Of a DNA stretch of 64,000 nucleotides, positions 1-9,400 are shown in pieces. The notes beneath the pieces were generated by a model. The model did no database searches and had not been told where the DNA came from. It was given only the letters and a program-made list of their open reading frames with translations. The stretch comes from Caldilineales bacterium (GTDB lineage: Bacteria; Chloroflexota; Anaerolineae; JAAEKA01): assembly GCA_041391245.1 (NCBI GenBank), contig JAWKOJ010000013.1, positions 39,231 to 103,230 on the forward strand, read 5' to 3'. Each line of letters begins with the position of its first letter. Position 1 is the stretch's first letter. The position numbers and the translations under genes are program-made.

Positions 1-532
1 CTTCCTGCACGCTGTAGCGATACTTCTTGCGTGCGTCCAGCATGGCGCGCCGCAGGATCTCGTGGACCTCGACGGGATCCTTGACGTTGCGCAGGACGGC
101 ATGCGGCTTGGACGGATCGGCGCTGGCGACGCGGATGTCGCCGATGTTCAGCGCCCGCTCGCCGAGCCCCTGGTCGTGGTCGATGTCCTGGATGCGGACC
201 AGCTCGATGTCGTCGCGGTCCTTGCCCAGGAAGCCGCTCTCGATGCGCACCCGCTGGTTGGTGATGCGGTAGTGCGTGACCAACGACAGGAATGGGCGGC
301 CTTCCCAGAGCACGATCTCCTCGTCTGTCAACGGCGCGAGCACGCTGTCGGTGCGCCCGGCAACGCCGCTGTCCTCCAACATGTCGTCCACCGCCACCAG
401 GACGCCGTCGGTGATGGCGTTTACCAGCGCATCAAGCTGATCGGCAGGCACGGCGTCGATCTGCACGCCGCTCCTGGCGATGGACTGCCAGATGCTGGCC
501 TTGACTTTCTCGCGAGATTGTTCGACTGTCAT
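1..532 (-). CDS. Bacterial PH-domain (bPH_2/YdbS-like) protein, 3' end runs off the window
   Basis: Absent from the ORF track because there is no stop inside the window. Manual translation of the minus strand from ATG 532-530 (GGAAGG upstream) gives MTVEQSREKVKASIWQSIARSG...EEIVLWEGRPFLSLVTHYRITNQRVRIESGFLGKDRDDIELVRIQDIDHDQGLGERALNIGDIRV. The listed + ORFs 27..272 and 62..658 are Arg/Ala-rich shadows. Confidence 0.6.
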   Translation of the reverse strand, partial: MTVEQSREKVKASIWQSIARSGVQIDAVPADQLDALVNAITDGVLVAVDDMLEDSGVAGRTDSVLAPLTDEEIVLWEGRPFLSLVTHYRITNQRVRIESGFLGKDRDDIELVRIQDIDHDQGLGERALNIGDIRVASADPSKPHAVLRNVKDPVEVHEILRRAMLDARKKYRYSVQE

Positions 533-853
533 AGATGTTCCTTCCAGTGTGTTGGTGTCAGAAGCGCTGCCGGAATCGGCAATTGCAAGCATACAACGAA
601 TCGGCCCCTGCTGCAACTCGCGCGGGCTGTCCGGCGCATGGAGATTCACCGGTTCTAGCGGATTCTGTAGGTGTGTGACCGCCCGACCGTCAAACGGATC
701 GGGCTACGATGTGAAAGGCCCTCCAGGCCTGCGGATTCCGTAGCCCAGCGGGCTTGCATTTCGTAGCCGGATGGCTTGTTGCCACCGGCGGGCGCCCTTG
801 CGACGACAGCTTCCCGCATCAACAGAATCCGGTAAAACCAGAAATTTCACCCT

Positions 854-912
854 GTAGGATAGCCCCTTGTGGGCGTTCCGGGGTGCAGAACGGGCACAAG
901 GCCCTATCCTAC
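854..912. repeat. 59-nt quasi-palindromic element, copy 1 (arms 854-875 and 891-912)
   Basis: gtaggatagccccttgtgggcg-loop-cgggcacaaggccctatcctac. Its reverse complement matches 10018-10076 at every arm position and differs by 2 nt in the loop. Confidence 0.85.
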
Positions 913-943
913 AAGAGGCCAGAATAGGTTTTTATGTCAACCT

Positions 944-972
944 TTGACGCATTTGCCGGGCCGTGCTACAAT
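944..972 (+). promoter_or_regulatory. Sigma-70-like promoter of the hydrolase/otsA operon
   Basis: TTGACG (944-949), 17-nt spacer, TACAAT (967-972), 20 nt upstream of ATG 992. Confidence 0.6.
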
Positions 973-991
973 TCGGCTACCGGAGAACACG

Positions 992-2749
992 ATGACCAAT
1001 ACCTACAACGAACTTCTCAAGAACCATATCAACCTCACCCTCGTACCTTTCAGCGACCGCGGATCGCGCTTGCTGGTGTTCAAGACCCTGGACCACAACT
1101 CGCTGTACATCAAACTCGCCGAACGCCTTACGGCCCTGCAGCCCGGCCTTGACACCTATCGCTTTCGCCCGCCGTACATTCAGGACCTGACCTTCATCGA
1201 CGCCGACAGCATGGCGCTGGCCTTCAACCTGACGACCTATCCCCACATGCTGGTCTTCGAAACGCGCATCGGCGACTTCCGGCTGGCATTCAACAACAGC
1301 GACACAATCGCCATTGGCCTGCCGGCGGACACCGACGCCGGGATACGGTTTCGGGTCAGCACCCAGTTGTGGCAGCGGTCGGACGACGGCGGCAGCCTGC
1401 GGGCCGTGCGCAACCTGGCCTATCACTGCACAGGCAAGCTGCTGCGCAACGAAATCGGGCTGGAGCGGGAAGCCTACATCGTCGAACTGGCTCTGGAAGC
1501 CGGCAAGGACGTGACCGTTCACCTCAACATCCGCAACGATCCCAACGTGGACGGCGCGGCTGTGCCTTTTTCACACACGGTGGCCGAGCGCCAGCGAGAC
1601 TGGGAAGAGTGGTTCGACAAGGTCCCAAAGGTGGACGAGCGCTTCAGCCGCCACTACTACTACGCCTGGTGGGTGATGCGCAACAACCTGGTTGCGCCGC
1701 TGGGACGCGTCAGCAGGGAGGCGATGATGCCGTCCAAGATCAACTATGTGGGCATCTGGAACTGGGATGCCTGCTTCCATGCGCTGGCCTACCGCCATGT
1801 GGACGCCGAGTTGGCCCGCAACCAGTTGCGGACCATGATCGATTGCCAGTTGCCCGACGGCATGATCCCTGACGCCGTCTACGACGAGGCGGTAGTCGCC
1901 TCCATCGAACATCCCTTCAAGGCCGAGGTGACCAAGCCGCCGATCATGGCGTGGGCCGCGCTGAAGCTGCACGAGACCGACCCCGATCCCGCCTTCCTGG
2001 CCGAGATCTACGTACCGCTGGTCCGCTGGAACGCCTGGTGGTTCAGCATGAACGACGACGACGCCGACGGGCTGGTGCAATACAACCACCCCTACAGCTC
2101 CGGGCTGGACGATAGCCCGCTCTGGGACTACGGCATGCCGGTCGAGTCGCCTGACATCAACACCTATCTCTGCGTCCAGATGGGCTCGCTGGCCGTGATG
2201 GCCGAGGCGTTGGGCATGGACGCCGAGGGCGCCATGTGGCGCAAGCGGGCGGCGGCCATCGTCCGGCGCATGGTCGCCGACTTCTGGGACGGCGAGAGCG
2301 GGGTCTTCCGGGCGCTGCACGACCAGGTGCCGATCCCCGTGATCACACCTTTCAACCTGTACCCGCTTTGGACCGGCCAGTTGCCGGACGACATCCGTGA
2401 GCGGCTCATCGGCCACCTGACCGATCCGGCCAGATTCTGGGGCGACCACGTCATACCCACCGTGGCCAGGGACGACGTCAAGTTCGATCCCAAGACCATG
2501 TGGCGCGGCCCGGTGTGGGCCAACATCAACTACATCTTCATCGAAGCGCTGGAACAGATCGGGCGACACGATCTGGCACGCGATCTGCGCGAGAAGACTC
2601 TCGACCTTATCATGGCCCACGACGGCATCTACGAGTACTACAACGCCGAGACAGGCGAGCCGCCTGAGACTGCCGCGGCCATCTTTGGCTGGACCGCGGC
2701 GGTGTTCATAGACCTGGCGATCCGCGCCAGTGCAGAGAACGGCGCATAG
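992..2749 (+). CDS. (alpha/alpha)6-barrel glycoside hydrolase, GH63/MGH-like (glucosyl-/mannosylglycerate hydrolase- or trehalase-like)
   Basis: ORF 869..2749. Start moved to ATG 992 because the promoter lies inside the longer ORF. Motifs NWDACFHALA, YNHPYSSGLDDSPLWDY, WRGPVWANINYIFIEAL, YEYYNAETGEP. Confidence 0.8.
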   Translation: MTNTYNELLKNHINLTLVPFSDRGSRLLVFKTLDHNSLYIKLAERLTALQPGLDTYRFRPPYIQDLTFIDADSMALAFNLTTYPHMLVFETRIGDFRLAFNNSDTIAIGLPADTDAGIRFRVSTQLWQRSDDGGSLRAVRNLAYHCTGKLLRNEIGLEREAYIVELALEAGKDVTVHLNIRNDPNVDGAAVPFSHTVAERQRDWEEWFDKVPKVDERFSRHYYYAWWVMRNNLVAPLGRVSREAMMPSKINYVGIWNWDACFHALAYRHVDAELARNQLRTMIDCQLPDGMIPDAVYDEAVVASIEHPFKAEVTKPPIMAWAALKLHETDPDPAFLAEIYVPLVRWNAWWFSMNDDDADGLVQYNHPYSSGLDDSPLWDYGMPVESPDINTYLCVQMGSLAVMAEALGMDAEGAMWRKRAAAIVRRMVADFWDGESGVFRALHDQVPIPVITPFNLYPLWTGQLPDDIRERLIGHLTDPARFWGDHVIPTVARDDVKFDPKTMWRGPVWANINYIFIEALEQIGRHDLARDLREKTLDLIMAHDGIYEYYNAETGEPPETAAAIFGWTAAVFIDLAIRASAENGA

Positions 2750-2775
2750 GCCGGCTCTCTGCGAGGGGCAACTTT

Positions 2776-4281
2776 ATGACAACTTCGACATCGAGCAGCG
2801 GGCGGCGCCAGGCGCTGATCGTGGCCGCCAACCGCGGCCCCGTGACGTTTCAAACGGCCGGGGACGGCAGCCGCACGTTTACCCGCGGCACGGGCGGGCT
2901 GGTCACGGCGCTGACTGGCCTGGCCGGCAGGATGCCAATCACCTGGATCGCCTGCGCGCGCACCGAAGATGACCTCAACTGGGGTCAGGGCAAGGTCACG
3001 CTGGACATCGGCCGCAAGCCAGCCACCCTGCACGTCAACTTCATCTCGCCCGACCCCGACGCTTACGACGGCTACTACAACACCATCGCCAACCCGCTGC
3101 TCTGGTTCCTGCAGCACAGCATGTGGGACCTGCCGTTGGCGCCGGTTATCGACCGCAAAACATGGCAGGCATGGACGGACGGCTATGTGGCAGTCAATCA
3201 GCGGTTCGCCGACGCCATCGCCGTTCAGGCGCGCGCCAACGATGAGCCGACCATGGTGATGTTGCAGGATTATCACCTATATCTCACTGCGCGCATGATC
3301 CGGTCGCAGATGCGGCCCGCCGAGCGGCCGTCGCTGCTGCACTTCGTCCACATCCCCTGGCCGGGCACCGAGTACTGGCGCATCCTGCCGCCTGACATGC
3401 GGCTGGCGATTCTGGACGGCCTGTGCGCGGTCGACCTGTTGGGCTTTCAGACGCGCGCCGATGCGCTCAACTTCATGCGCACCTGCGAGGCGTACCTGCC
3501 GCGTGCCAGCGTCAAGTTCAGAAAGGGACGGGTCTGGTATCGCAACCACGCCACCCATGTGCGTGAGTTCCCGATCTCCATCGACGTCAAACGCCTGCGC
3601 CAGTTCGCCCGAACGCCCCAGGTCGCCGACCTGCGCGCCGACCTCGAAACGCAGCTGGCGGACCAGAAAATCATCCTGCGCATCGAACGCACCGAGCCGA
3701 GCAAGAATATCGTGCGCGGCTTTCTGGCGTTCGAGGAGATGCTGGAGAGCCATCCCCAACACATCGAGAAGGTGACCTTTGTGGCGATCCTGGTGCCGTC
3801 GCGGCTGGAGGTGCGCGAGTATCGCACCTATCTCGACGCGCTGATGGCGGCCGCCGGACGGGTCAACGCTCGCTTTGGCACCGGTGAATGGGAGCCGATC
3901 CGCTTGCTGATGGGGGAAAGCTACCCGCGGGCCGTGGCTGCCATGCAGCTCTACGACGTGCTGCTGGTCAACTCCATCGCCGACGGCATGAACCTGGTTG
4001 CCAAGGAAGGCCCCATCGCCAATCAACGATCGGGGGTGCTGGTGCTTTCAGAGAGCACCGGCGCGCGCGAGGAACTGGAGGCGGGCGCCCTCGTCATCTC
4101 GCCATGCGACGTGCATGCGACCGCCGAGGCGCTGCACCGCGGGCTGACCATGCCTGCGGCTGAACGCAAGGATCGCATGACAATGCTGCGCACGGTCATC
4201 GAGCAGAACGACATCACAACCTGGCTTGACAACCAGTTGGACGCCGCCGCGCGGCTCAAGCTGAAGGGAGCCGTCGCATGA
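2776..4281 (+). CDS. otsA: GT20 alpha,alpha-trehalose-phosphate synthase-like glycosyltransferase
   Basis: 501 aa; ANRGPVTF, GGLVTAL, NPLLWFLQH, LQDYHLYL, DGMNLVAKEGP; GAGGGG RBS. Confidence 0.85.
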   Translation: MTTSTSSSGRRQALIVAANRGPVTFQTAGDGSRTFTRGTGGLVTALTGLAGRMPITWIACARTEDDLNWGQGKVTLDIGRKPATLHVNFISPDPDAYDGYYNTIANPLLWFLQHSMWDLPLAPVIDRKTWQAWTDGYVAVNQRFADAIAVQARANDEPTMVMLQDYHLYLTARMIRSQMRPAERPSLLHFVHIPWPGTEYWRILPPDMRLAILDGLCAVDLLGFQTRADALNFMRTCEAYLPRASVKFRKGRVWYRNHATHVREFPISIDVKRLRQFARTPQVADLRADLETQLADQKIILRIERTEPSKNIVRGFLAFEEMLESHPQHIEKVTFVAILVPSRLEVREYRTYLDALMAAAGRVNARFGTGEWEPIRLLMGESYPRAVAAMQLYDVLLVNSIADGMNLVAKEGPIANQRSGVLVLSESTGAREELEAGALVISPCDVHATAEALHRGLTMPAAERKDRMTMLRTVIEQNDITTWLDNQLDAAARLKLKGAVA

Positions 4282-5531
4282 CGCCGAACCATCCGCGCAC
4301 CGCCATACTGCACTACAGCGCGCCGCCGGTGGTCGGCGGCGTCGAGGCTGTCATGCTGGCCCACGCGCGCACGTTCACCGAGGCCGGTCTGCCGGTGACG
4401 GTCATCGCCGGGCGCGGCGACCAGGCTGCGCTGCCGGCCGGTGTCGCGCTGGCCGCGCTGCCGGAGATCGACTCGCGTCACCCGCAGATCATGGCAGCCT
4501 CCGCCCAGTTAGCGGACGGACAGATACCCGCCAGCTTCGACGAGTTGCCGGGCAGGCTGGCCGCAGCGCTGCGGCCGCTGTTGGAGCCGGTGGACGCGCT
4601 GATCGTCCACAACGTGTTCACCAAGCAGTTCAACCTGCCGCTGACGGCCGCGCTGGACCGCCTGCTGGACGACGGAACGATCCGCCGTTGCATCGCCTGG
4701 TGCCACGACTTCGCCTGGACCAGCCCGCGCTCGCGCGCCGATGTGCATCCCGGCTATCCCTGGGATCTGCTGCGGACTATGCGCGATGACGTGACCTACG
4801 TGGTCGTCTCGCGCGAGCGCCAGGCGACGCTGGCCGGGCTGTACGGGTGCGCCGAAGACGAGATCCACGTCGTCTACAACGGCGTCGATCCGCAGGAACT
4901 GCTAGGGCTGGCGCCGGCTGGCGCCGACCTGATTGCGCGTATCGGCCTGTTAGAAGCCGACCTGGTCCTGCTGATGCCGGTGCGCGTCACGGTCGCCAAG
5001 AACATCGAGCTGGCGCTGGAGGTGGTAGCGGCGCTCAAGCACCACGTCGACCGGCCGCTCTTGGTACTGACCGGCCCGCCCGATCCGCACGACAGCGAAA
5101 GCATGGCCTATTTTCACAGCCTGCAAGACCGCCGCGCCGCGCTGGGCGTGGAGGACGAGGTGCGCTTCGTCTTCGAGTCAGGACCGGACCCGGACACCCC
5201 GTATCTGATCGATGCGGCGGTGGTCGGCGACCTGTTCCGCGTCAGCGACGTGATGTTCATGCCCAGCCACCGCGAGGGGTTCGGCATGCCGGTGCTGGAA
5301 GCCGGGCTGGCCGGCGTTCCCGTGGTGGCCACCGGCGTGCCGGCGGCGCGCGAGATCGGCGCCGACGATGTAACGCTCTTCGGCCTGGACGAATCGCCGC
5401 GCCGGATCGCCCAGCGCATCGTGGCGCGGGTTGAGGGCGACCCCGTCTGCCGCTTGCGCCGCCTGATACGCCAGCAATACACCTGGCAGGCGATCTTCCA
5501 GCGCGATATCCTGCCCCTGCTGACACGGTGA
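4278..5531 (+). CDS. GT4-family (GT-B) glycosyltransferase
   Basis: 417 aa; ATGA overlap with the otsA stop; MPSHREGFGMPVLEAGLAGVPVVAT motif. Confidence 0.85.
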   Translation: MTPNHPRTAILHYSAPPVVGGVEAVMLAHARTFTEAGLPVTVIAGRGDQAALPAGVALAALPEIDSRHPQIMAASAQLADGQIPASFDELPGRLAAALRPLLEPVDALIVHNVFTKQFNLPLTAALDRLLDDGTIRRCIAWCHDFAWTSPRSRADVHPGYPWDLLRTMRDDVTYVVVSRERQATLAGLYGCAEDEIHVVYNGVDPQELLGLAPAGADLIARIGLLEADLVLLMPVRVTVAKNIELALEVVAALKHHVDRPLLVLTGPPDPHDSESMAYFHSLQDRRAALGVEDEVRFVFESGPDPDTPYLIDAAVVGDLFRVSDVMFMPSHREGFGMPVLEAGLAGVPVVATGVPAAREIGADDVTLFGLDESPRRIAQRIVARVEGDPVCRLRRLIRQQYTWQAIFQRDILPLLTR

Positions 5532-5538
5532 TCTGTCC

Positions 5539-6351
5539 ATGACCCCTCCTGCATGTGAGACAGCCGCGCTGGCGGAACGCCTGGCAGGCGCCGCGGCGCT
5601 GCGACTCTACCTCGACTACGACGGTACACTGGCCGACTTCGCGCCGACGCCCGACGACATCCTGCCTGACCCGGCCATCGCCGGCTTGCTGCTCCGGCTG
5701 GCGCAGTTGCCGCGAACCGAGGTTGCCATTATCAGCGGCCGCCGGCTGAGCCACATCGAGGCACTCGTTCCGGTGCCGGGGATTCTGCTGGCCGGCACCT
5801 ACGGCATCGAGCTGCGCTGGCCCGATGGCGCCCTGTCGCAGCGGGTCGAGCTGGCCGCGATTCGCCCTGTGCTGGACAACCTGAAGCCGCGCTGGGCCGC
5901 GCTGATCGACGATCGCCAGGGCTTCTACCTGGAAGACAAAAGCTGGTCGATGGCGCTGCACGCCCGTTTCGCCGACGATGCCGCGGCCGGTGAGACGCTG
6001 GCTGGCGCGCGCCGCCTGGCTGACGACGCGCTGCAAGGCGCGCTGCCCGGACAGTTCCGCATCCTGGGCGGGCACAAGTTCCTTGAGATCGGCCCGGCGC
6101 AGGCCAACAAGGGGGACACCATCCGCTTTTTGGCAGAACGTGATCCGCAGCCAGGCGCGCTGCCGGTCTACATCGGCGACGACGACAAGGACGAGGAAGC
6201 GTTCGCTGTGATCAACGCGCTCGGCGGGCAGTCCTTCGTGGTGGCCGCGGCCGACCGCCCATCGCTGGCAGCCTGCCGATTCTCCTCTCCCGCAGCGGTC
6301 CGCCAGTTTCTGCACGCGCTGGCCAAGCGCCGCAGTCCCTCGCCTGTCTGA
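5539..6351 (+). CDS. otsB: HAD-IIB sugar-phosphate phosphatase (trehalose-phosphatase-like)
   Basis: 270 aa; LDYDGTLADF (HAD motif I) and GDDDKDEEAF (motif IV). Confidence 0.85.
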   Translation: MTPPACETAALAERLAGAAALRLYLDYDGTLADFAPTPDDILPDPAIAGLLLRLAQLPRTEVAIISGRRLSHIEALVPVPGILLAGTYGIELRWPDGALSQRVELAAIRPVLDNLKPRWAALIDDRQGFYLEDKSWSMALHARFADDAAAGETLAGARRLADDALQGALPGQFRILGGHKFLEIGPAQANKGDTIRFLAERDPQPGALPVYIGDDDKDEEAFAVINALGGQSFVVAAADRPSLAACRFSSPAAVRQFLHALAKRRSPSPV

Positions 6352-6402
6352 CCCAAGACTGCCCCTCTCGTTTCCCATCCGTCCATACCGACGCGCGCAG
6401 TT

Positions 6403-6430
6403 TTGTGCGCCGGTTGATGTTCGGTATACT
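6403..6430 (+). promoter_or_regulatory. Candidate promoter of the AAA+/RF-like fusion gene
   Basis: TTGTGC (6403-6408), 16 nt, TATACT (6425-6430), about 57 nt upstream of ATG 6488. Confidence 0.4.
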
Positions 6431-6487
6431 TGAGACCGTTGTTTGCTCATTCCGCCCTCGTCAACTGTCAGGGAAAGGGAACACCGG

Positions 6488-9400
6488 ATGGAAATCGCCA
6501 TCACAATCTTCGTCCGCCGCCACCAGAACCAGACCTACACCGTGACCGTGCCCAGCGCTCCCGGCATCACGGCCTTCGGCCCGACGCTGGAAGAGTGCAA
6601 GGGCGAGATTACCCTGGCCCTGATGCAGCGGCTGGCCGACATGGATCCGGCCCACGTCAACGATCTGGCCGCGACGCCCGGCACGCAACTGTTCAAGACG
6701 CAGGTGGAGCTGTTCCCCAGATACCCCGACGGCCGGCGGCGGCGCAACTCCTTCCACCTGCTCGTCAGCCTGATCCTCATCCCGGCCGACGGCCAGTTCA
6801 TGGTTCAAGCGCCGCTGCTGACCATGCAACCCTACAACCAGCCGCTGGTGTTCTTCAGCCGCCCGGAGGACGACCTGGAAGAACTGGCGAAGGCCGAGAT
6901 CAGCGAGTATTTTGGCGGCGCGCCGCTGGAGGTTCTCCAAAACTTCCAGGGAATGCGCTACGAGAACATCGAGACTCTGACCGTTGAGTTCACGCCCAAG
7001 TCGCCGATCCAGTCCGACAAGGATCGCAAGGAGATGGAGGAGGCGGATTTCTGGGCGCTCCGTTCCAGCGGCGTCAACCTGACCGCGCAGGCCAAGGAAA
7101 AGCAGCTAGGCCGCGCCTATCGCCGCGAGCCGGTCGTCGAGGAGGTGCTGCGCATCCTGGCGGGCGACAGCCGGCCGAGCTTGATCCTGCTGGGCGACTC
7201 TGGCGTCGGCAAGACCGCCATCGTGCACGAGGTGGCGCGCCGCATCCAGCGCAAGGAGTGCCCGGAGACGCTGCACGACCGCGAGCTGTGGTCGGTGACC
7301 GGCTCGTCGCTGCTGGCCGGCATGCAGTTCATCGGCCAGTGGCAGGAGAAGCTCACCAACCTGGTGCACGAGGTGCGCAAGAAGCGCCACATCCTCTTCG
7401 TCGAAGATATCGCCGGGCTGGCCGACGCCGGCCGCTGGTCGAAGAGCGACGAGAACATGGCCAGCTTCCTTAAGCCGTACATCCAGACCGGCGACGTGGT
7501 CATCATCGGCGAGAGCACGCCCCATCGGCTGCGCTACACGGACCGCCTGACGCCCGGATTTGTCAGCCAGTTCCGCACCGTGCCGGTTGAGGCGACCAGC
7601 ACCAGCGACACGCTGGCGGTTCTGGCGACCGTGGTCCACCGGCTGGAGAAGGAGAGCAACGTGCGCCTCCAGCCGTCGGCGCTGGAGGCGGCGGTCGAGC
7701 TTACCACCCGCTACCTGCCCTACCGCGCCCTGCCGGGCAAGGCAATCAGCCTGGTGGAGCAGGCCGTCGGCGACGTTGACGGGCAGCGGGGCGTCAACGA
7801 CAAGCGGCTGACCATCGATCGCCGCCACGTGGTCGCCAGCTTCACGCGCCAGACCGGCCTGCCGGAGTTCCTGCTCTCCGACGCCGCGCCGCTGGACATC
7901 ACCGCGGTGCGCAGCTACTTCGCCGAGCGTGTCATCGGGCAGGACGCGGCCGTCGACGCCATGACCGACCTGGTGGCCGTGATCAAGGCCGGACTGAACG
8001 ACCCGCACAAGCCGCTGGGCAGCTTCCTGTTCATCGGCCCGACCGGCGTCGGCAAGACCGAGATGGCCAAGACGCTGGCGTCCTACCTGTTCGGCGACGA
8101 GAAGCGGCTGCTGCGCTTCGACATGAGCGAGTACATGGACCCGGCGGGCGTCCGGCGGCTGATCGGTATGCCCGGCAGCGACAGCGAAGGCGAGCTTACC
8201 GGCCGCGTGCGCGCCCAGCCCTTCTGCGTGCTGCTGTTGGACGAGTTCGAGAAGGCCGATCCGCAGATCTACGACCTGTTCCTGCAGGTCATGGGTGAGG
8301 GGCGGCTGACGGACGCCACCGGCCAGACCACCTCCTTTCAGAACGCGGTGGTGCTGCTGACGTCGAACCTCGGCTCCGGCGCGCGCGAACAGCGCGGGCT
8401 TGGCCTGGCGGCCAGCAACCGCGCCGCGGGGGCGAGCGATGATCCGTCCTACTGGCGCAGCAAGATCGAGCAGTATTTCCGGCCCGAGTTCATCAACCGC
8501 ATCGACCAGGTGGTGGTCTTCCAGCCGCTCAGCCCGGAGGTGATGCGCCAGATCGCCCGCCGTGAACTGGGCCACGTGCTGATGCGCGAGGGGCTGGTGC
8601 GCCGCAACGTGCTGGCCGAGGTGGACGACAACGTGATCGACCTGCTGGTGGAGCAGGGCTTCGACGCGGCCTACGGCGCGCGCCCGCTGAAGCGGGCCAT
8701 CGAGCGTCTGGTGGTTGTGCCGCTGGCGCGCTTTCTGGCGGGACGGCCCGACGGCGGCGGCGACTTGCTGCGCCTGCGGCGCGCCGGCGACCAGGTGACC
8801 CTCAGCGCGATTCAGCTCAGCAACGCCGACCGGACGGCTACGGTGGAGTTGGGCGCATCGCCGCTGGAGGCCGATGGCAAGCGCCGCCGGCTGACCGACC
8901 GGGAGTTGGTCGAGGGATTCGCGTCGCTGCGGCTCAAGCTACAGGTCTGGAGCGAGCGGCCGGACGTCCTGAGATACGAGGATGAGCGCAGCCAGGCGTT
9001 GGCGGCGATGAACAAGCCGTCCTTCTGGGACAACACCTACGGGGCGCAGGAAACTGTGGAGAAGTTCTATCGCCTTGACAGGGTGCTGAAGCGCCTGCGC
9101 CAACTGACCGAACGCGCCGAATACCTGGAGGAGTTGGCCGGGCTGGTGCGGCGCGAGCGCGACTCCAGCTATCGCGGCGATCTGGCCGATGGCCTGGCCC
9201 GCCTGGAGCGCGACGCCGCCTACCTTGAGATCGAGCTGATGAGCGCCGGCAGTGTGGCCGGCAAGTACGCAATGCTGATCCTGCGCGTCGTCGGCCAGCG
9301 CCACGAGGAGGACGCGCAGGCGCTGATCCAACTGGCGCAGATGTATGCCCGCTGGGGCCAGCGCAAGGGCTACGAGATCAGCATGGCCAGGCTGGACCCG

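Noticed and set aside
658-850. Nested hairpins (cgggctacg...cgtagccc, aggcc..ggcct) upstream of the PH-domain gene, considered as a possible riboswitch or ncRNA.
   Set aside because: I recognise no conserved riboswitch core, the region is short, and it lies between two divergent genes. I treat it as generic GC-rich secondary structure.
869-991. Upstream extension of the hydrolase ORF (start at 869), and likewise the 6443 start of the fusion gene and the long N-terminal extensions of ORFs 16381..17100, 22235..23728, 27450..28430, 55508..56557, 56660..57559 and 60071..61021.
   Set aside because: The extensions run through promoter or repeat elements or have non-protein-like composition. Internal ATG/GTG starts with GGAG-type RBS begin exactly where family similarity starts.
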